DNA of 64,000 bases. Source: the human T2T-CHM13v2.0 reference genome, Homo sapiens. The stretch is taken from assembly GCF_009914755.1 (NCBI RefSeq), contig NC_060925.1; one strand, given 5' to 3'. Shown here piece by piece: positions 43,390-59,742 of the stretch. The translations under genes and the position numbers were made by a program. Numbering within the stretch: position 1 is the first letter of the stretch; each line of letters begins with the position of its first letter. The notes under the pieces were generated by a model. That model was not told the origin of the DNA and did not search any database. It was given only the letters and a program-made list of their open reading frames with translations.

Positions 43390-44789
43390 GATGTGCCTTG
43401 GGCCACATGGTGGTGGAGCTGGGACTCGAACCCAGAATCTCCTGGCTCTCTCTGCTGCTTCCCATGGCCTCTTCCTTCCCCCACACAGTAGCTACCCCCT
43501 GGTTAATGGGTCAGACTTCCCTCTGGTACACTTAGGAACTGTGTTTGATGTGCTCTTCCTGGCTTCAGGAGAAGACAGTTCCTTCCCACTGATAATTGGA
43601 GTGGAGAATTAATCATGGCTTTGTGGTTGCACTTTCCCTGCCAGTAGCCCTGCACTGCTGCCCAGAGAGGGAGTTGGAATGAGAGCACCAGGTAATGATT
43701 TTTGTGTTTTGGGATGAGGCCACTGGGAGGAAGTCAGGGCTGCTCCGCTCTGTGGGTACATATGCCTGAGTGCATATGCACATTTGGGCATGCAGGCTGT
43801 GTGTGTGTGTGTGCGTGTTTGTAAGTGTTGGGACTATTGCTGGACAAGGTCGGGTCTCTCCCCAAAGGAGCCCTGGATCTAGACCTTGTTCCACCATTCT
43901 CTAGCTGGGTCACTAAGGCCAAATCACCCCTCCCCTGTGGGTCTGCATTTTCTTCACTGTAAAATAGGGGTAATCCTTGCCTCATTCCTTGTCTTCCTTA
44001 TGAGAAGTCTGCGAACATCAAAGAAGACCAGGAGGAAGAAACTGAAAAGGGCAGAACACCCACAGAGGCAGAATGGCCTCATGGTTAGAGTCTAGACAGC
44101 CTCTATTCAAGTCCCAGCTCCCCTATTTACTACTAGCTGCATTACCTCGACTTCACCTCTCTAGGCCTCAGTTCCTCATTTGCAAAGTAGGGAGAATATG
44201 AGAAGCTACCAAAATTGATCAAATCTAAGATTCCATCAATTATCAGATACCAGTATTTTATGTACCATAAATAAAGAAAAAAAGGCCACTAATTGGCCGT
44301 GCCCTGATTTTTCTGACCTGAGATGTGGATGCAGAGCAGCTCAAACTTCCAAGGAAGGTGTATGTGGCACGGTGGGATGATGACAAGCGACACTGGGCCA
44401 AGGCAGCTGAGGCCCCACACCTGGGAACTAGGGAGGGATAGAGATTCCTCAAAGGATGGGTCACAAACCACATGCCAGTCTACCTCTGATTCTACCTGCA
44501 TGCCAGATGGCCCCAGCTCCAGTCAGTGAGACTATGAACTATATTTAAGTCATTAACTAAAACTTAAATCTACTGGAAAAGGAAGAAGGGGTGAGGGTCA
44601 GGAAGAAAAAGCCCTACGTTGATGGAATTCACCCTAATTTTCTCAGAGGCACACAAATCCTAATTGACTGAAATTAATCTGAAATGACCAGGGCTGCTTA
44701 TTGGCTGGTTTAGGTTTCCACCACCAGGGAATGGGGAGCTTGAGACACAGACTACATTTGGTTGCAGAAAAAATAAATTGTGTTTCTCG

Positions 44790-45437
44790 TGTAAACCAAA
44801 AAGTATCTGAGACAAGTCTCAATCAATTTGGAAGTTTATTTTGCCAAGGTTAAGGACATGCCAATGGCACAGCCTAAGGAGGTCCTGATGACATGTGCCC
44901 AAGGTGGTTGGGCTACAGCTTGGTTTTATACATTTAAGGGAGACATAAGGCATCAATCAATACATGTAAGATGTGCATTGGTTCAGTCTGGAAAGGAGGG
45001 ACAACTTGAAGTGGGGAGGGAGTGGTTCCAGGTCACAGGTGGATTCAAAGATTTTCTGATTAGTAATTGGTTGAAAGCGTTTATTTAAATACCTGGACTC
45101 AATAGAAGGGAGTGTCTGGGTTAAGATAAGGGGTTGTGGAGACCAAGGTTTTTATTATGCAGATGAAGTCTTCAGCTAGCAGGCTTCAGAGAGAATAGAT
45201 TGTAAATGTTTCTTATCAGACTTAAAGAGTCTGTTCTGTCTTAAGGTCTCTGCTTTAATGTTAATGCTGGTTAGCTGTGCCTGTATTCCAAAGGGAGAAA
45301 GGTATGATGAGACACGTTCAATTACCCGTTCCCATCATGGCCTGAACTAGTGTTTCAGGTTTACTTTAGAATGCCCTTGGCCAAGAGGAGGAGTCCATTC
45401 AGTTGGTTGGGGCTTAGAATTTTCTTTCTGGTTTACA
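44790..45437 (-). mobile_element. MER4A-like ERV1 solo LTR
   Basis: tgtaaaccaaaaagtatctgagac ... cattcagttggttggggcttagaatttt...ggtttaca. Confidence 0.88.
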
Positions 45438-47499
45438 TTTGCATACCTGAGTTTGTGTACTGGGAAATCCACACCTCCTGTACATTCAAATACACATGCC
45501 CCCATAAATAGATGAACATTCATGTATATATTGATATACAATATGTCTAGAAAAAAGAATCAAAGGAGAGATATCAAATGCTAACAGATTCTCTCTTGAT
45601 GGGGCTACCTTGGTTTGTATCAGTTATCCCACAGATTTGGCTAGTGTCACAAATATCAGAAAAACAGTGGCTTTAATAAGGGAGGAGAGGAAAGGGTGAA
45701 ATGGATGTGGTCCAGGACTACTGAAGGCGCTGACTGACATGTGGGGACCAGGCTCTTTCTGTCTCATTGCTCCACTCTCTCTAACACTTGTATTCTACCT
45801 CATGATCTAGTCTGGCTGCCCAGGCCCCTCCATCACATCTGCATTCCATCTAATGAGAAGGGAGACAAGGGAAAGGGAAGGCAGGTTTCTTTATTGTTTT
45901 TTCTTAAGGACACAACTGAAAGTTGCACGTATCACTTCCTCTCACTTGTCTTGGACATATCCTGGTCACGTGGTCACACCAGCTGCAAGGGATACTGGGA
46001 AATGAAGTCTTTAGCTGGGTAGTTTTGTGCCTCAGTGAAGCACATCTCTGAATATTCCAGCTCTGGAGCCTCCTGTGGGCTTGGCTGAGATCTCTGTTGG
46101 AGTCCACCACAGCCCAGCTGCTCTCTCCACCCAATACATTTCCCTTGGCCTGCCCGCACCCACCCTAGGTGTTGATCCTGAAAGCATCTGGCAATTCAGT
46201 GTGCAAGTCTCCTTCCCAGAGCCAGTTTCCCAGAGCACACTGCCTACAATGCACTGTGAAATGGAAGCAATATGGTTGTAAGGATTAGATGTGATATTTT
46301 AAAATGAAACACTTCCATTGAGTAGGTGCTGAATAAATAATGAAACTGGCAAACACCAGTTTACAGATAGCACTGCCTCTTTCAGAAGGTGTTCTAAGAC
46401 CTTTTCATGCGTGACATCATTCACTCTTTGCAGCCAGGCTATGAGGGTGTACTGTCATTCCCATTTTACAGATGAGGAAGCCGGGGCTCAGAGAGGTTAA
46501 GTACTGCACTCCAGCTGCCCAGTTTGTAATTACTCTGATGCAGCACAGACACCTGTCAACCAGCGTGTCAGGATTACAAGGCCAGAGCCCGGAGGACGGT
46601 GATGTGGGAAAGGAGCCTGGGCCTCGGTTGCCGCTGCTGGGAACCTCCAGCGCTGTCACCTCATGGGCTCTTCGAGGCTCCCATGTGACCGCAGATGGTA
46701 GTGCCTTGTAAACTGTAGAGTACTGGGCATCACTGAGGTGTGGTCATCTCTCGTGATTCTTTTAATAACAATGATAATTGGGCCCATTTGTGGGGCACTC
46801 ACCATGTGCTGGGCCCTACATTAAACACCTGACAAACATTATGTCATTTGCTTCTCACCAACCCCACGAGGCAGGCAGCTGGCACCGTGCTTCACCAGTG
46901 AGGACATAGAGGCTCCGGGAGGTCGGGTCAATTGCCTCAGGTCCCAGGGCTGGGGGGGTGGCAATGTAAGACATGAGCCCAGGTTGGAGTGAGGCCGGAG
47001 GGCATCCCTCACCTCGGGGCCTGTGGAAGGATGTTGTTCCTACTACACAGCTGCCCTCGAACAGCCACTTCTCAGGTTCCACTGCACTGACTCTAAGGGG
47101 ATGGGGACTCGTTTTCCAGGACTGGCCAGTCTCCCAGAGGAAGAGGTCCAGGGAGTTCCTAGGGGACGGAGGAGACAGAGATCCACCCTGGGAAGGCCAC
47201 TGGTTTGAGGGAGAGGTGCAGCTTCCACCCAGGCAGAGCTACTGGTCCAAGGGATACCCATGGGAGAGCTCCTGGTGTGGCGGGAAAGGCACAGGCTCTG
47301 CCTCGGAGGAGACCCCTGTCTAACGAGGGAGGCTTAGCCTCTGCCCCTGCTCCCTGCTGACGGGGACTCTGGATGCCAGCAGATGCCCCAGGAAAGAAGA
47401 AGCAGGGATGAGAAGGGGCTGAGGAAGGAGGAAACTGGGCAGGGCTCTGGCCAGAGGCCCATCTCTCCTACCTTGCCCTCCCCCATCTGCCCGGGGCCT

Positions 47500-47620
47500 C
47501 TGTACCAAGCCTGTGAGTAACTGCCCAGCGGCGGCACAGCCAGTCATGAGGACGTGATGGGACTCCATGAGGTAGCCATGCAGGTCCCAGTGAGGAGGAC
47601 CTGGTGACTCAAGGGCTCTC
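47500..47620. promoter_or_regulatory. AP-1 site pair; candidate PADI intergenic long-range enhancer
   Basis: TGAGTAA 47514-47520 and TGACTCA 47605-47611 in non-repetitive DNA. Position fits my recollection of a keratinocyte AP-1 enhancer ~86 kb upstream of PADI3. Confidence 0.5.
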
Positions 47621-50377
47621 CAGCCGGCTTGTGCCCTGGGCCAGCTCCACTGTCTGCCTGGGCTGCACCTGCCCCTTGCTGTGTAGCCCCAGGCCACTCC
47701 TCCTTCGCAGGCCTGTTTTTCCATCTGCGCATGGGGGAATGGCCCTGGACAGCTTCTCTCCCTGTGTGGCTCAGTCACCTCAGGCCACAGACCCACGAGG
47801 AACCCTCTATTTGGGAAACCTGGTCCTGAAGACCTCCTGCCTCTGGTTGCTGTCCTGGCTGGCTCTGTTCCTCACACCTTCTCAACCCCATGCCCCGCAG
47901 AGAGTCCCTTTAAAGGATGTCTTTGCCACCACAGCTTAAGGACAGTCCTTGCCTGCACAGTGTCTTTGACTTCATGACCTGTGTGTCCCTGGGCTGGATG
48001 GCATGCCACAGTCCCGGTTCTCCTCCTGCTGCTCTGTTGCCTCCGCACCCTCCTGCTGTCTGTCACCCCCGCACCCCCACCCCATGTTGGCAGGGTGCAT
48101 GGGGTGGGGGACACTTAGCAAGAGGGCCCCTCTATAAGAATGACTCCCAGGGCTCATGCCCAGTGGGGCTTTCACATGGGGGTGTCCCCAGTACAACCCG
48201 GCAGGATAAATTAGGAAGATGCTCGCCGCAGTTCCCCATGCCCTACTGTGGATGTGCGGAGTGATTTTCCCCTTCTTCATCGTCATTAGTGAGGCCTTTG
48301 TATTACCCCACCCAGGGGGGATTTGGTCTGGGACCCAAAGCCAGGCATCCCTCAGATGCTATGCTCTAAAGAGTTGGGACTGTGTATATCTTGCACATTT
48401 TTGTAGCCCAGTTCTGTCTTCCAGGTCTGGCACATAGTAGGTGTTCAGCACATATTTGTAGACTCAGTGGGTGATTGGCTGGTGGAAGAAATGCATCACA
48501 TGTCATCTGCACAAAGAGGTTGCATGGTACTGTCGGAAAGAGAGAGGAGAAAGGCCTGTGAGGTCCCAGCACAGTGCCGGACGCAGTCAGGGCTTGGTGC
48601 GGGCCGACAGTGGTTGAGACACCTGGCTACAGTTTGACAGGGCTGAGTGATGTGAGCTTGCACCTGTTGCCCCGGGTTCCTTCGGGCCTTGATTCGGATT
48701 CCTGCCCATGGCCTTTTGGATGGGTCCAGGCCAGCATCTGTCAGAGGAGCTCAGAACTTCTGAAATCTCAGCCTCCAGCTCCCGAGGACTTGTGCGGCCG
48801 TCCAGACCCTGATGTTGTCGGCCGTGCCTTCAGCAGTAATTGGAAGGGCAGCCAGCAGCCTTTAGAGGACTCCATCTGAAAAAACAAGGCCGAGGCAGGA
48901 CTTCACATGAGGGTGACTCCTGGGCTGTGCCAGGCTTTGGATCAGTCCCTGAGTTTCTGCTGAACACCTGCTGTGTGCCTTGCCTGGGGAGGGATGGGCT
49001 CCAGGAAAACTGTGAGAAGCAGCTCCTGACATGGAGTTTGGTGTCAGGCAGACTTGAAGTCAAACCCAAACTGATGACCATGGAGAAATTCCTTCAACCC
49101 TCTCAGCCTCAGTTTCCTCAAGTGGCCAGACGACCAGGAGGCTGCTGGAGCATGGAGCGCAGCCTCGTATGCTGGAGCTTTAAGAAAAACACTTAATTCT
49201 AGGATACGGTCTTGACCCTAAGCATCTCTCTCACATTCCAACTGGGGAGATGGAATTGGAGAGAAGAAAACCGGTAGTTCATAAATCCCACCATGGCATG
49301 GATCCCATGTGACATGCAACTGGGAAGAGCTGAGACAGAAGCTCTTCTAGGTTAGAGTGATTAGGGAGGGCTTTCTGGAGGAGGTGGCTCCTGAGCCGAG
49401 CCCAGGGGAGGAACAGGCTGTGGACAGGTGGATGGGAGAACAGAGGGTGTGTGGGCAGGGGGACAAGGTGTGGGAGCTGTGGTTGTGGGATAGGACTCAT
49501 ACACTGAACCTGGGTACAGTGTTAATGGGAGGCAGTGGGGTGACCTGAAGACTCTCAAGGACAATTTGGGGTGTAACAAGAATGGGGTGAGAGGCAGGGC
49601 CCACAGTCGACAGTCTTCTGGTGGAGGTGCAGGTGAAGGTCGCTGAGTTGGCCCGGTTTAAGGGAGGTTTATTTCTTCAGCTCCCAGCAGAGTTGAAAAT
49701 AGGTCTTGGCAGTTCAGGGGAGAGATGGGGGTGGGGGGCTACAGCCTCATATCGCCTTCAGGATAAAGTCCAAGCCCTCAGCCCTGTCTGCAGGAACCTC
49801 TGGGATTGGGGATTGGGCTTCTTCTCACCTCTCCAGCCTGAGCATCCCCACCCCAATCCTCTAGCCCTGCTGAGGCCCACCCTGTTCCCTGAGCATGCCT
49901 CTGCGCCACTGCTCCATGGATCCTTCTGCCTGGAATGCCTTCCCTCATACCCACCTAGCAAACCCCTACTAACCCCTTAAGACTTGGGTTAACATGACCT
50001 CCTCCATGACATTTGCCTTGATCTGCCCAGCATGATGGTGCAGGACACTCTCCTCTGTATCCCATAGCGCCTGCTATCCACATCCTTCATAGCCAATTCA
50101 TTTTGCTCTCACGATAACTGGCTGTGTCACGTTGGTCAAGTAAATAAAATTCTCTGTGCCTCAGTTTCCTAATCTGCAAAATAGGGGCAATAATTGTAGC
50201 TGCCTTGGTTGGGTTAACACTTGTAAAGACTTTAGAAGAGTGCCTGGTGCTTAATAAATAGTAAATGTTACCCATTATTAAAATAATTATTCTTACCTCA
50301 TAGGGCTGTTATGAGGATTAGAAGTCAAGTGCTTGTATCATGCTTGTAACATAGTGAGCCCTAACGAATGAGAGCTA

Positions 50378-51558
50378 TCATCTCCACTGTCTTCATTGTC
50401 CCCCTCATCCCCACCATGATCCTCACCATCCCCAACACCATCCCCACCATCCTCCCTTCCATCTCCATCATCCCTACCACCATCCCCAACATCCCCACCA
50501 TCATCCCCATTACAATCCCCACCACTATTTCCACCATTCCCACCACAGTCACCATCACCCCCACCATCTCCATCATCATCCCCACCATTCCCACCATCCT
50601 TACCATCAACATCACCATCCCCACCATCCCCAACACCATTCCCACCATCCCTACCATCACCATCACCATCCCCACCAACATCCCCACCACCATCCTCACT
50701 ACCATCCCCACCACCATTTCCACCATTCCCACCACAGTCACCATCACCCCCACCATCCCCATCATCATCCGCACCATCCCCACCATCCCCACCACCATCT
50801 CCATTACCATCCCCACCACCATCCCCATTACCATCCCCACCACCATCCCCATTACCATCCCCACCACCATTTCCACCATTCCCACCATCATCCCCACCAC
50901 CATCCTCGTTACCATCCCCACCACCATCCCCATTACCATCCCCACCACCATTTCCACCATTCCCACCATCATCCCCACCACCATCCCCATTACCATCCCC
51001 ACCACCATCCCCATTACCATCCCCACCACCATTTCCACCATTCCCACCATCATCCCCACCACCATCCTCGTTACCATCCCCACCACCTTTTCCACCATTC
51101 CCACCATCATCCCCACCGCCATCCTCGTTACCATCCCCACCACCTTTTCCACCATTCCCACCATCATCCCCACCGCCATCCTCGTTACCATCCCCACCAC
51201 CTTTTCCACCATTCCCACCATCTCCAACACCTCCCCCACCATCATCCCCACCATCCCCACCACCTTCTCCACCATCATTCTCACCATCCCCACCACCATC
51301 TCCACCACCATTCTCACCATCCCCACCAACATCCCCACCATCCCCACCCCCATGCCCACCAACATCCCCACCATCCCCACCCCCATGCCCACCATCATCC
51401 CCACCATCCCCACCACCATCCTCACCATTCCCACCACCATTCCCTTCATCTCCACCCCCATGCCCACCATCATCCCCACCATCCCCATCACCATCCTTAC
51501 CATTCCCACCACCATTCCCTTCATCTCCACCACCATGCCCACCACCATCCCCACCATC
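50378..51558. repeat. ~1.2 kb triplet-phased tandem repeat (CCCACCATC / ACC / ATT variants)
   Basis: Near-absence of G on the plus strand; 9- and 12-nt units with larger blocks such as atcctcgttaccatccccaccaccttttccaccattcccaccatc repeated. Confidence 0.97.
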
Positions 51559-54119
51559 AGTTTGCCTACTTGCCTCCTCCAGACTGTGAACCCCTACGGC
51601 ATGGCTGTGCTTTGGCAATCTCTGATCTCAGTGGGATGCTCAGAATCAGGCATGTAGTAGGTGCTTAGTACAATTTTCTTGGGCAAATGAAGGAAGCAGG
51701 GCCCTGGCTTGGGGGCTGGTAAGGAAGGGAAAGGTGTGAGTGAGGTTTAGGAGGGAGAGCTGTCAGGACTGGAACCCCATGGTGGGGGTGGGGGTGGTGG
51801 GGAGAAGACTCCAGGCTGGCGCTAACCTGGAAACTGCCCGTACTAGGGGACTCCATCCTCTACAAAGCAACTTCAAAACCCTTTGGATCCAGCCTCTATT
51901 GGAGCAGGTGGGCATTAAAAAGGATTTGGGAAAAAACAGATCCCCTCTGAAGTCAGGTCTCCCTAAGCCTCTGGTCTCAGGGACTGTCCACAGCCTTGGA
52001 CTCCACCCTTAGTCGTAGCTGTTGATTCTATTGTGAGGGGGTCTCTGGGTGACAAGGTTGTGCACAGCTCCAGGAGGATCTTCTCAATAGCCTGAGATGT
52101 GGATGGGGGAAGGGAGAGCCTGGGTTACCAGCTCAGAGGATGGGAGAATTAGGGAGGGCTCCCTGGAAGAGGTGTTAGGAGCTAGGGTATAAATCTAGAG
52201 AAGGGATAGGTGGCACCAGTGGACAGCATAGAGTTGGAGAAGAATGAGCTCTGGGTCCTCAGGAACTCAACCTGTCCACCTCTTGCCACCTGATGCCCCT
52301 TCTCTAGTCCCAACTCTCATCAGCCCCATCTAGCCCACTGCATCTCCCTCTTTCCTGCCCTGCCTCCCTGGCATCCACTCCCTGCAGAGCATCCTGGGCT
52401 CAGAACCTTGCAGTGACTCCCACCTCGCTTGGAGTCAAAGCCAAAGGGCACAACTGGCAAACAAGGCTCTCATCCCAGCCCCTGCCTGCTGCTTCTGTCT
52501 TTGATCCCACCCTCTTCCCTCCCCCCTCCCTCCCTTCCTGGCCACAGAGGTCTTCTTGCAGCTCCCTAAACCCTGGAGGCAATTTTCCAGCCCAGGGTCT
52601 TTGCATAAACTCCACCCACACCGCCCCCCCCCGCCCCAACCTGGAACGCTCTACTCCTGACAGTGTCTGGGGCTTTCTCATCCAAGGTTTCAGCTTAAAT
52701 GTTGCCTTGCCCAGGAGGCTTTCTCAGACCTCTTTATTTGCTTCCTTTACAGACCTAACCACGATTTATAATTAAGTGTATTGTTTTAAAACTTATTATC
52801 TCTTCTCTTCACCAATATGTCAGCTTCATGAGGACAAAGCTCTGTCTGGCTCCTTATTGCTACATCCCTAGAGCTCCAGGCAGTGCCTGGCATCTAAATA
52901 GGCCTTTAGGTTAGATGGAATTCTGTGCTTTGACATGAGGAAGGGAAATCAAGGAAGGCCCCCTGGAGGAGGTGTTTAGAGATGGGAAGAAAATGCAGAG
53001 AGGAAGATGGGTGCTCAACAGTGAGGACAGGGTTGAGGTGCTCAGAGCTAGGTGGAATGGGCCCAGGGGAGCCCCTTTGCCCTCCCTGGAATATTTTTAG
53101 TCCTACCTGAGCCCCGAGAACTTCTGTCTAGGTGTGACCTTGCTCCAGGCAAGCTGTCTTGTAAAATTCCAGAGCCAGGTATACCCAATTCTGCAACGTG
53201 GTAGCTGCATGACTGTACAAGTCCCTTAACAGCACCGGGCCTCAGTGACATCATCTGTTAAATGGGTTGGTGATGATAATGGTCAGCATTTATGGAGGAG
53301 CCCACACGGTGCTAAGTGCTTTACACATATCAGCTAACTGAATCCTCACTGCTGCCAATGAGACAGGTACTATTGAATCAGAGGCCCGGAGAGAGCTCCA
53401 CGCGGTTGGTCATACTGGTGAAGAGCTTGGTTCAATGCCTGGTGAACTCTCGGCACAGGGGTTACCAGTGAAACTCATGCTGTGGGCATTTGTTTCCCTC
53501 CAAGAGGGACAGCCCCAGTGTCCCTGGACGCTGACTAGGACTGAGTCAGACCCATCCTCATTAGAGTCCCAACCTTGAGGCTGCCTGCACAGAGTGACGT
53601 CTGCAGATATGTGGGTCTCTCTCTGAGCCCGGTCAGGCTTCACGCCCCTCAGAGCCTGCCCTGATGTTACCCCCAGCAGGGCTGTGAGTTACCTGGTTCC
53701 ACCTCCCTGGCTGTGAGCCCGGCCAGCTGCTTTTGTGCCTCACATTTTTATGCCAGTTAATTACAGCCATTACTGCCATTACGAAAAAGTTGTGTGATCT
53801 CAGGCAGGTCCAGGAGACCCCGAGGCGCCTGGGGGATCTGCCATGCATGGATGTTTGAGAGGAGGCTCTCCCGTGCCTGCCTGTTCTGTCTTCCACTGGA
53901 CTAGGACCCTTTGAGGTTAAAGATGGTGTCCCACATTAGGCTGGTGTCCTGGACAAAAATTTTAAAAGAATCTTTTAAAAGGCATGACTGAGTTGGCAAG
54001 AATGTAGAGGAAGTGCTCCAAAGCCAAAAAAAAAAAAAAAAAAAAAAAATGTCTACACAAATCAAGAGGGGGTGAACCCTCGACTGGAGGCTGGCCTAAA
54101 AGATTCCTGTAAACTAGAG

Positions 54120-55350
<1,231 letters not shown>

Positions 55351-55614
55351 TGTAGAGCTTTGCTTTTAACAGATGCAGGGGAGATAGAAGACGTAGCCCA
55401 AGGCCTGACCGAGTGGAACTGGGGTCTGAGCTCCCATACGAAGTCAGAGCTTCTGCAGGCAACATCCTTAGTGAAAGGGCAAACTTGAAAAAGATCTACC
55501 TTCTAAAAGGATATGGCAAGAAAAGGGTTGGTCTTGGCTTTCACTCAGAATAAAGAGGGAAAGAAACTCTCCCCTGAGCCAGCCCTTATGTGAGATCAGG
55601 GCCCAAATTCCCAC

Positions 55615-55860
55615 TTTATTTTATTTTATTTTTATTTTTATTTTTTGTTATACTTTAAATCCTGGGATACATGTGCAGAACATGCAGGTTTGTTACATAG
55701 GTATACATGTGCCATGGTGGTTTGCTGCACCCATCAACTCATCATCTAGGTTTTAAACCCCGCATGCATTAGGCTTTTGTCCTAATGCTTTCCCTCCCCT
55801 TGCCCCCCAACCCCCAACAGGCCCCCAGTGTGTGATGGTCCCCTCCCTGTGTCCATGTGA
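55615..55860 (-). mobile_element. L1PA-type 3' end, heavily 5'-truncated
   Basis: ttatactttaaatcctgggatacatgtgcagaacatgcaggtttgttacatagg... Confidence 0.9.
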
Positions 55861-56294
55861 AGAAATTTATTTTTAAATTAATTAATTATTTTTGTTTTAA
55901 AGAGATGGGGTCTTGCTATGTTGCCCAGGCTGGTCTTGAACTCCTGGCCTCAAGAAATCCTCCTGCCTCACCCCCTAAAGTGCTGGCATTGCTTGTTTGG
56001 TCCAGAAACACCAGGCTGAGAACCTAGTTTCAAGGAGTCCCTGGTGAATAGTACTCCCAGGTCTCCAGCAAAAACAAACTAAAATCCTTTCTAGAGAAAC
56101 ACATATCAAACCAGACCTTATAAAGTTCCTACCAGTTAGAATCCTGATGATCATGAGCTCACAATAAAAACATTTAAAAACATGCAAAGAAACCACAAAC
56201 AGAGGAATCAGACCTGTAAACACTTCAAGGATTGGAATTAGAGTTTTCATTTTGGGTAATAAGAGTGCTACATAATTTAAATAAAAGTGTCCTG

Positions 56295-56605
56295 CTGGGC
56301 ACAGTAGCTGACGCCTGTAAGCCCAGCACTTTGAGAAAGTCACTTTAGGCCAGGAGTTCAAGACCACCCTGGGCAACATAGTGAGACCCCCGTCTCCACA
56401 AAATATTTCTCAAAAATTAGCTGGGTGTGGTGGTGTGTGCCTATAGTCCCAGCTACTTGGGAGGCTGAGGTGAGGATTGCTGGAGTCCAGGAGTTTGAAG
56501 CTGCAGTGAGCTGTGATCAAGCCACTGCACTCCAGCCTGGGTAACAGAACGAGACCCTGTCTGTAAAACAAACAAGCAAACAAAACAAAAACAAAAAAAG
56601 AAACA
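56295..56605 (+). mobile_element. AluJ
   Basis: gggcaacatagtgagacccc...gaagctgcagtgagctgtgatc. Confidence 0.88.
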
Positions 56606-56649
56606 TAAAACCATAAGCACAGAACAAGAGAGTATTAAAAAGGACCAGA

Positions 56650-57930
<1,281 letters not shown>

Positions 57931-58034
57931 CTAAAGTTAATTTTAAAACTAAAAAGGCATTTATCAGGATGGGAGGCCTAGCTGGGATCACTTTTCAGAC
58001 CTTTTTCTTTCACATGCTGATCATGCTCCTTATC

Positions 58035-58320
58035 TGTTTATTTATTATTTTTATTTCTTTTAGAAACAGGGTCTTGCTCTGTCATCCAGGCTGGAGTGCA
58101 GAGGCATGATCTTGGCTCACTGTAGCCTAGAGCTGTGGTCTCAAGTGATCTTCCCACCTCAACCTCTCAAGTAACTGGGACCACAAGTGTGTGCCACCAC
58201 ACCCAGTTTATAAAGAAAAAAAAGTTTTTAGGGAGGGTTTGTGGCATGGGGTCCCACTATGTTGCTCAGGCTGGTCTTAAACTCTTGACTTCAAACAATC
58301 CTCCAGCCACCACACCTGGT
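58035..58320 (-). mobile_element. AluJ, degraded, within L2 sequence (~57990-59090)
   Basis: gatcatgctcc repeated on both flanks; L2 motifs ctcagggctctgtccttgggcc, tctaataggcacctcaacctca. Confidence 0.8.
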
Positions 58321-59091
58321 GATCATGCTCCCTCTTGAGACCCTCTCTCTTCTGGGACATCCCACTTTCTCTTGGGTTTTCTCCTACCTCCCTGGCTCCT
58401 TTGTTCTCCCCAAACTCTAAACATTGGAGGGCCTCAGGGCTCTGTCCTTGGGCCCCATCTCTCTCCTACCCACACTCACTCCCTAGGAGATCTCTGGCTT
58501 TGAAATTGTCTGCCCACTCCCACAATCCTATGTCCAGCCCAGACCTCTGGCTTTGGACTCCAGTGAGATTAACCAGTCCCCTCCCCTGTGTTGCCCCTTG
58601 GAGGTCTAATAGGCACCTCAACCTCACACCTGCAAAACCATCCTCCTGATGTCCAGCCCTGCAAACTTGCCCCTCCCTGAGACTTCCCCATGCTTCTGGG
58701 TGCCTGTGCCAAAACCGTGAAGTCATCCACTCCTGTCTTCCTCTCACACCCCACAGTTTATCCATCAGTGAACCCTGTCGGATCTGCCTCCCAAAAATCA
58801 TCTCTGACTGTTTATTACCTGCTCCACTACTTCCTCCCTGGTCCAAGACACCATTGCTTCTCGCCAGGATTATGATTGCTTCTCTGACTGGTCTCTCTGC
58901 TTTCTACCCTTGCCTCCCTCTAATCTGTGGTCAGCAAAGCAGCCAGAGGGATTCTGCCAAGTTATGCCTCTCCTTTGCTCAAACCCTTCCGGCAACTCCT
59001 CATCTCACTTGGAGGAAGCAGACCCTTCCTTTGGCCTATAAGGACAACATGATTCTGCCTTTCATTTCTCTGACTTCATCCCCTAGTACTC

Positions 59092-59455
59092 TGGTATGGT
59101 TTGGCTGTGTCCTCACCCAAATCTCATCTTGAATTGTAGCTCCCATAATTCCCACATGTTGTGGGAGGATCCCAGTGGGAGATAATTGAATTGTGGGGGC
59201 GGTTTCCCCCATACTGTTCTTGTGGTAGTGAATAAGTCTCACGAGATCTGATGATTTTATGAAGGGTTTCACCTTTGGCTTGGTTCTCATTCTGTCTCTT
59301 GCCTGCCACCATGTAAGATGTGCCGTTTGCCTTCCGCCATGATTGTGAGGCCTCCCCAGCCATGTAGAACAGTGAGTCCATTAAATCTCTTTTTCTGTAT
59401 AAATTACCCAGTCTCAGATATGTCTTTATGAGCAGTGTGAAAACAGACTAATACA
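59092..59455 (+). mobile_element. THE1-family solo LTR
   Basis: tggtatggtttggctgtgtcctcacccaaatctcatcttgaattgtagctccc...cagactaataca. Confidence 0.9.
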
Positions 59456-59742
59456 TAACGTGTCCCTTCCCCTCCCCTACCCCTGGGCCACACTAGCCTC
59501 CCAGTGGTTCTTTGAATGAGTCAACCATGGTCCTGCACTTGCTGCTCCCTCTTCTGGGTCTCAGACTCTCCAGGTGTCCCCATGGCTGTGTCCTTTCATC
59601 CTTCAGGTCACTCTTAGTTTGCTTTGCTAGAGAGGCTTCCTGACCCCTGTAGAAATCAGTGCCCTTGCCCCACTCTGTGTGCTAATCATCACCGAGGCGA
59701 ACATCGATCACCTGGCTGAGGTAGTGTTCATCAGTTTTCACT

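Noticed and set aside
50338-51657. Three long ORFs (426, 398, 429 aa) resembling glycine-rich or mucin-like proteins
   Set aside because: They coincide with a triplet-phased simple repeat that cannot contain stops in those frames. They occur on both strands and have no non-repetitive domain, promoter or convincing splice context.
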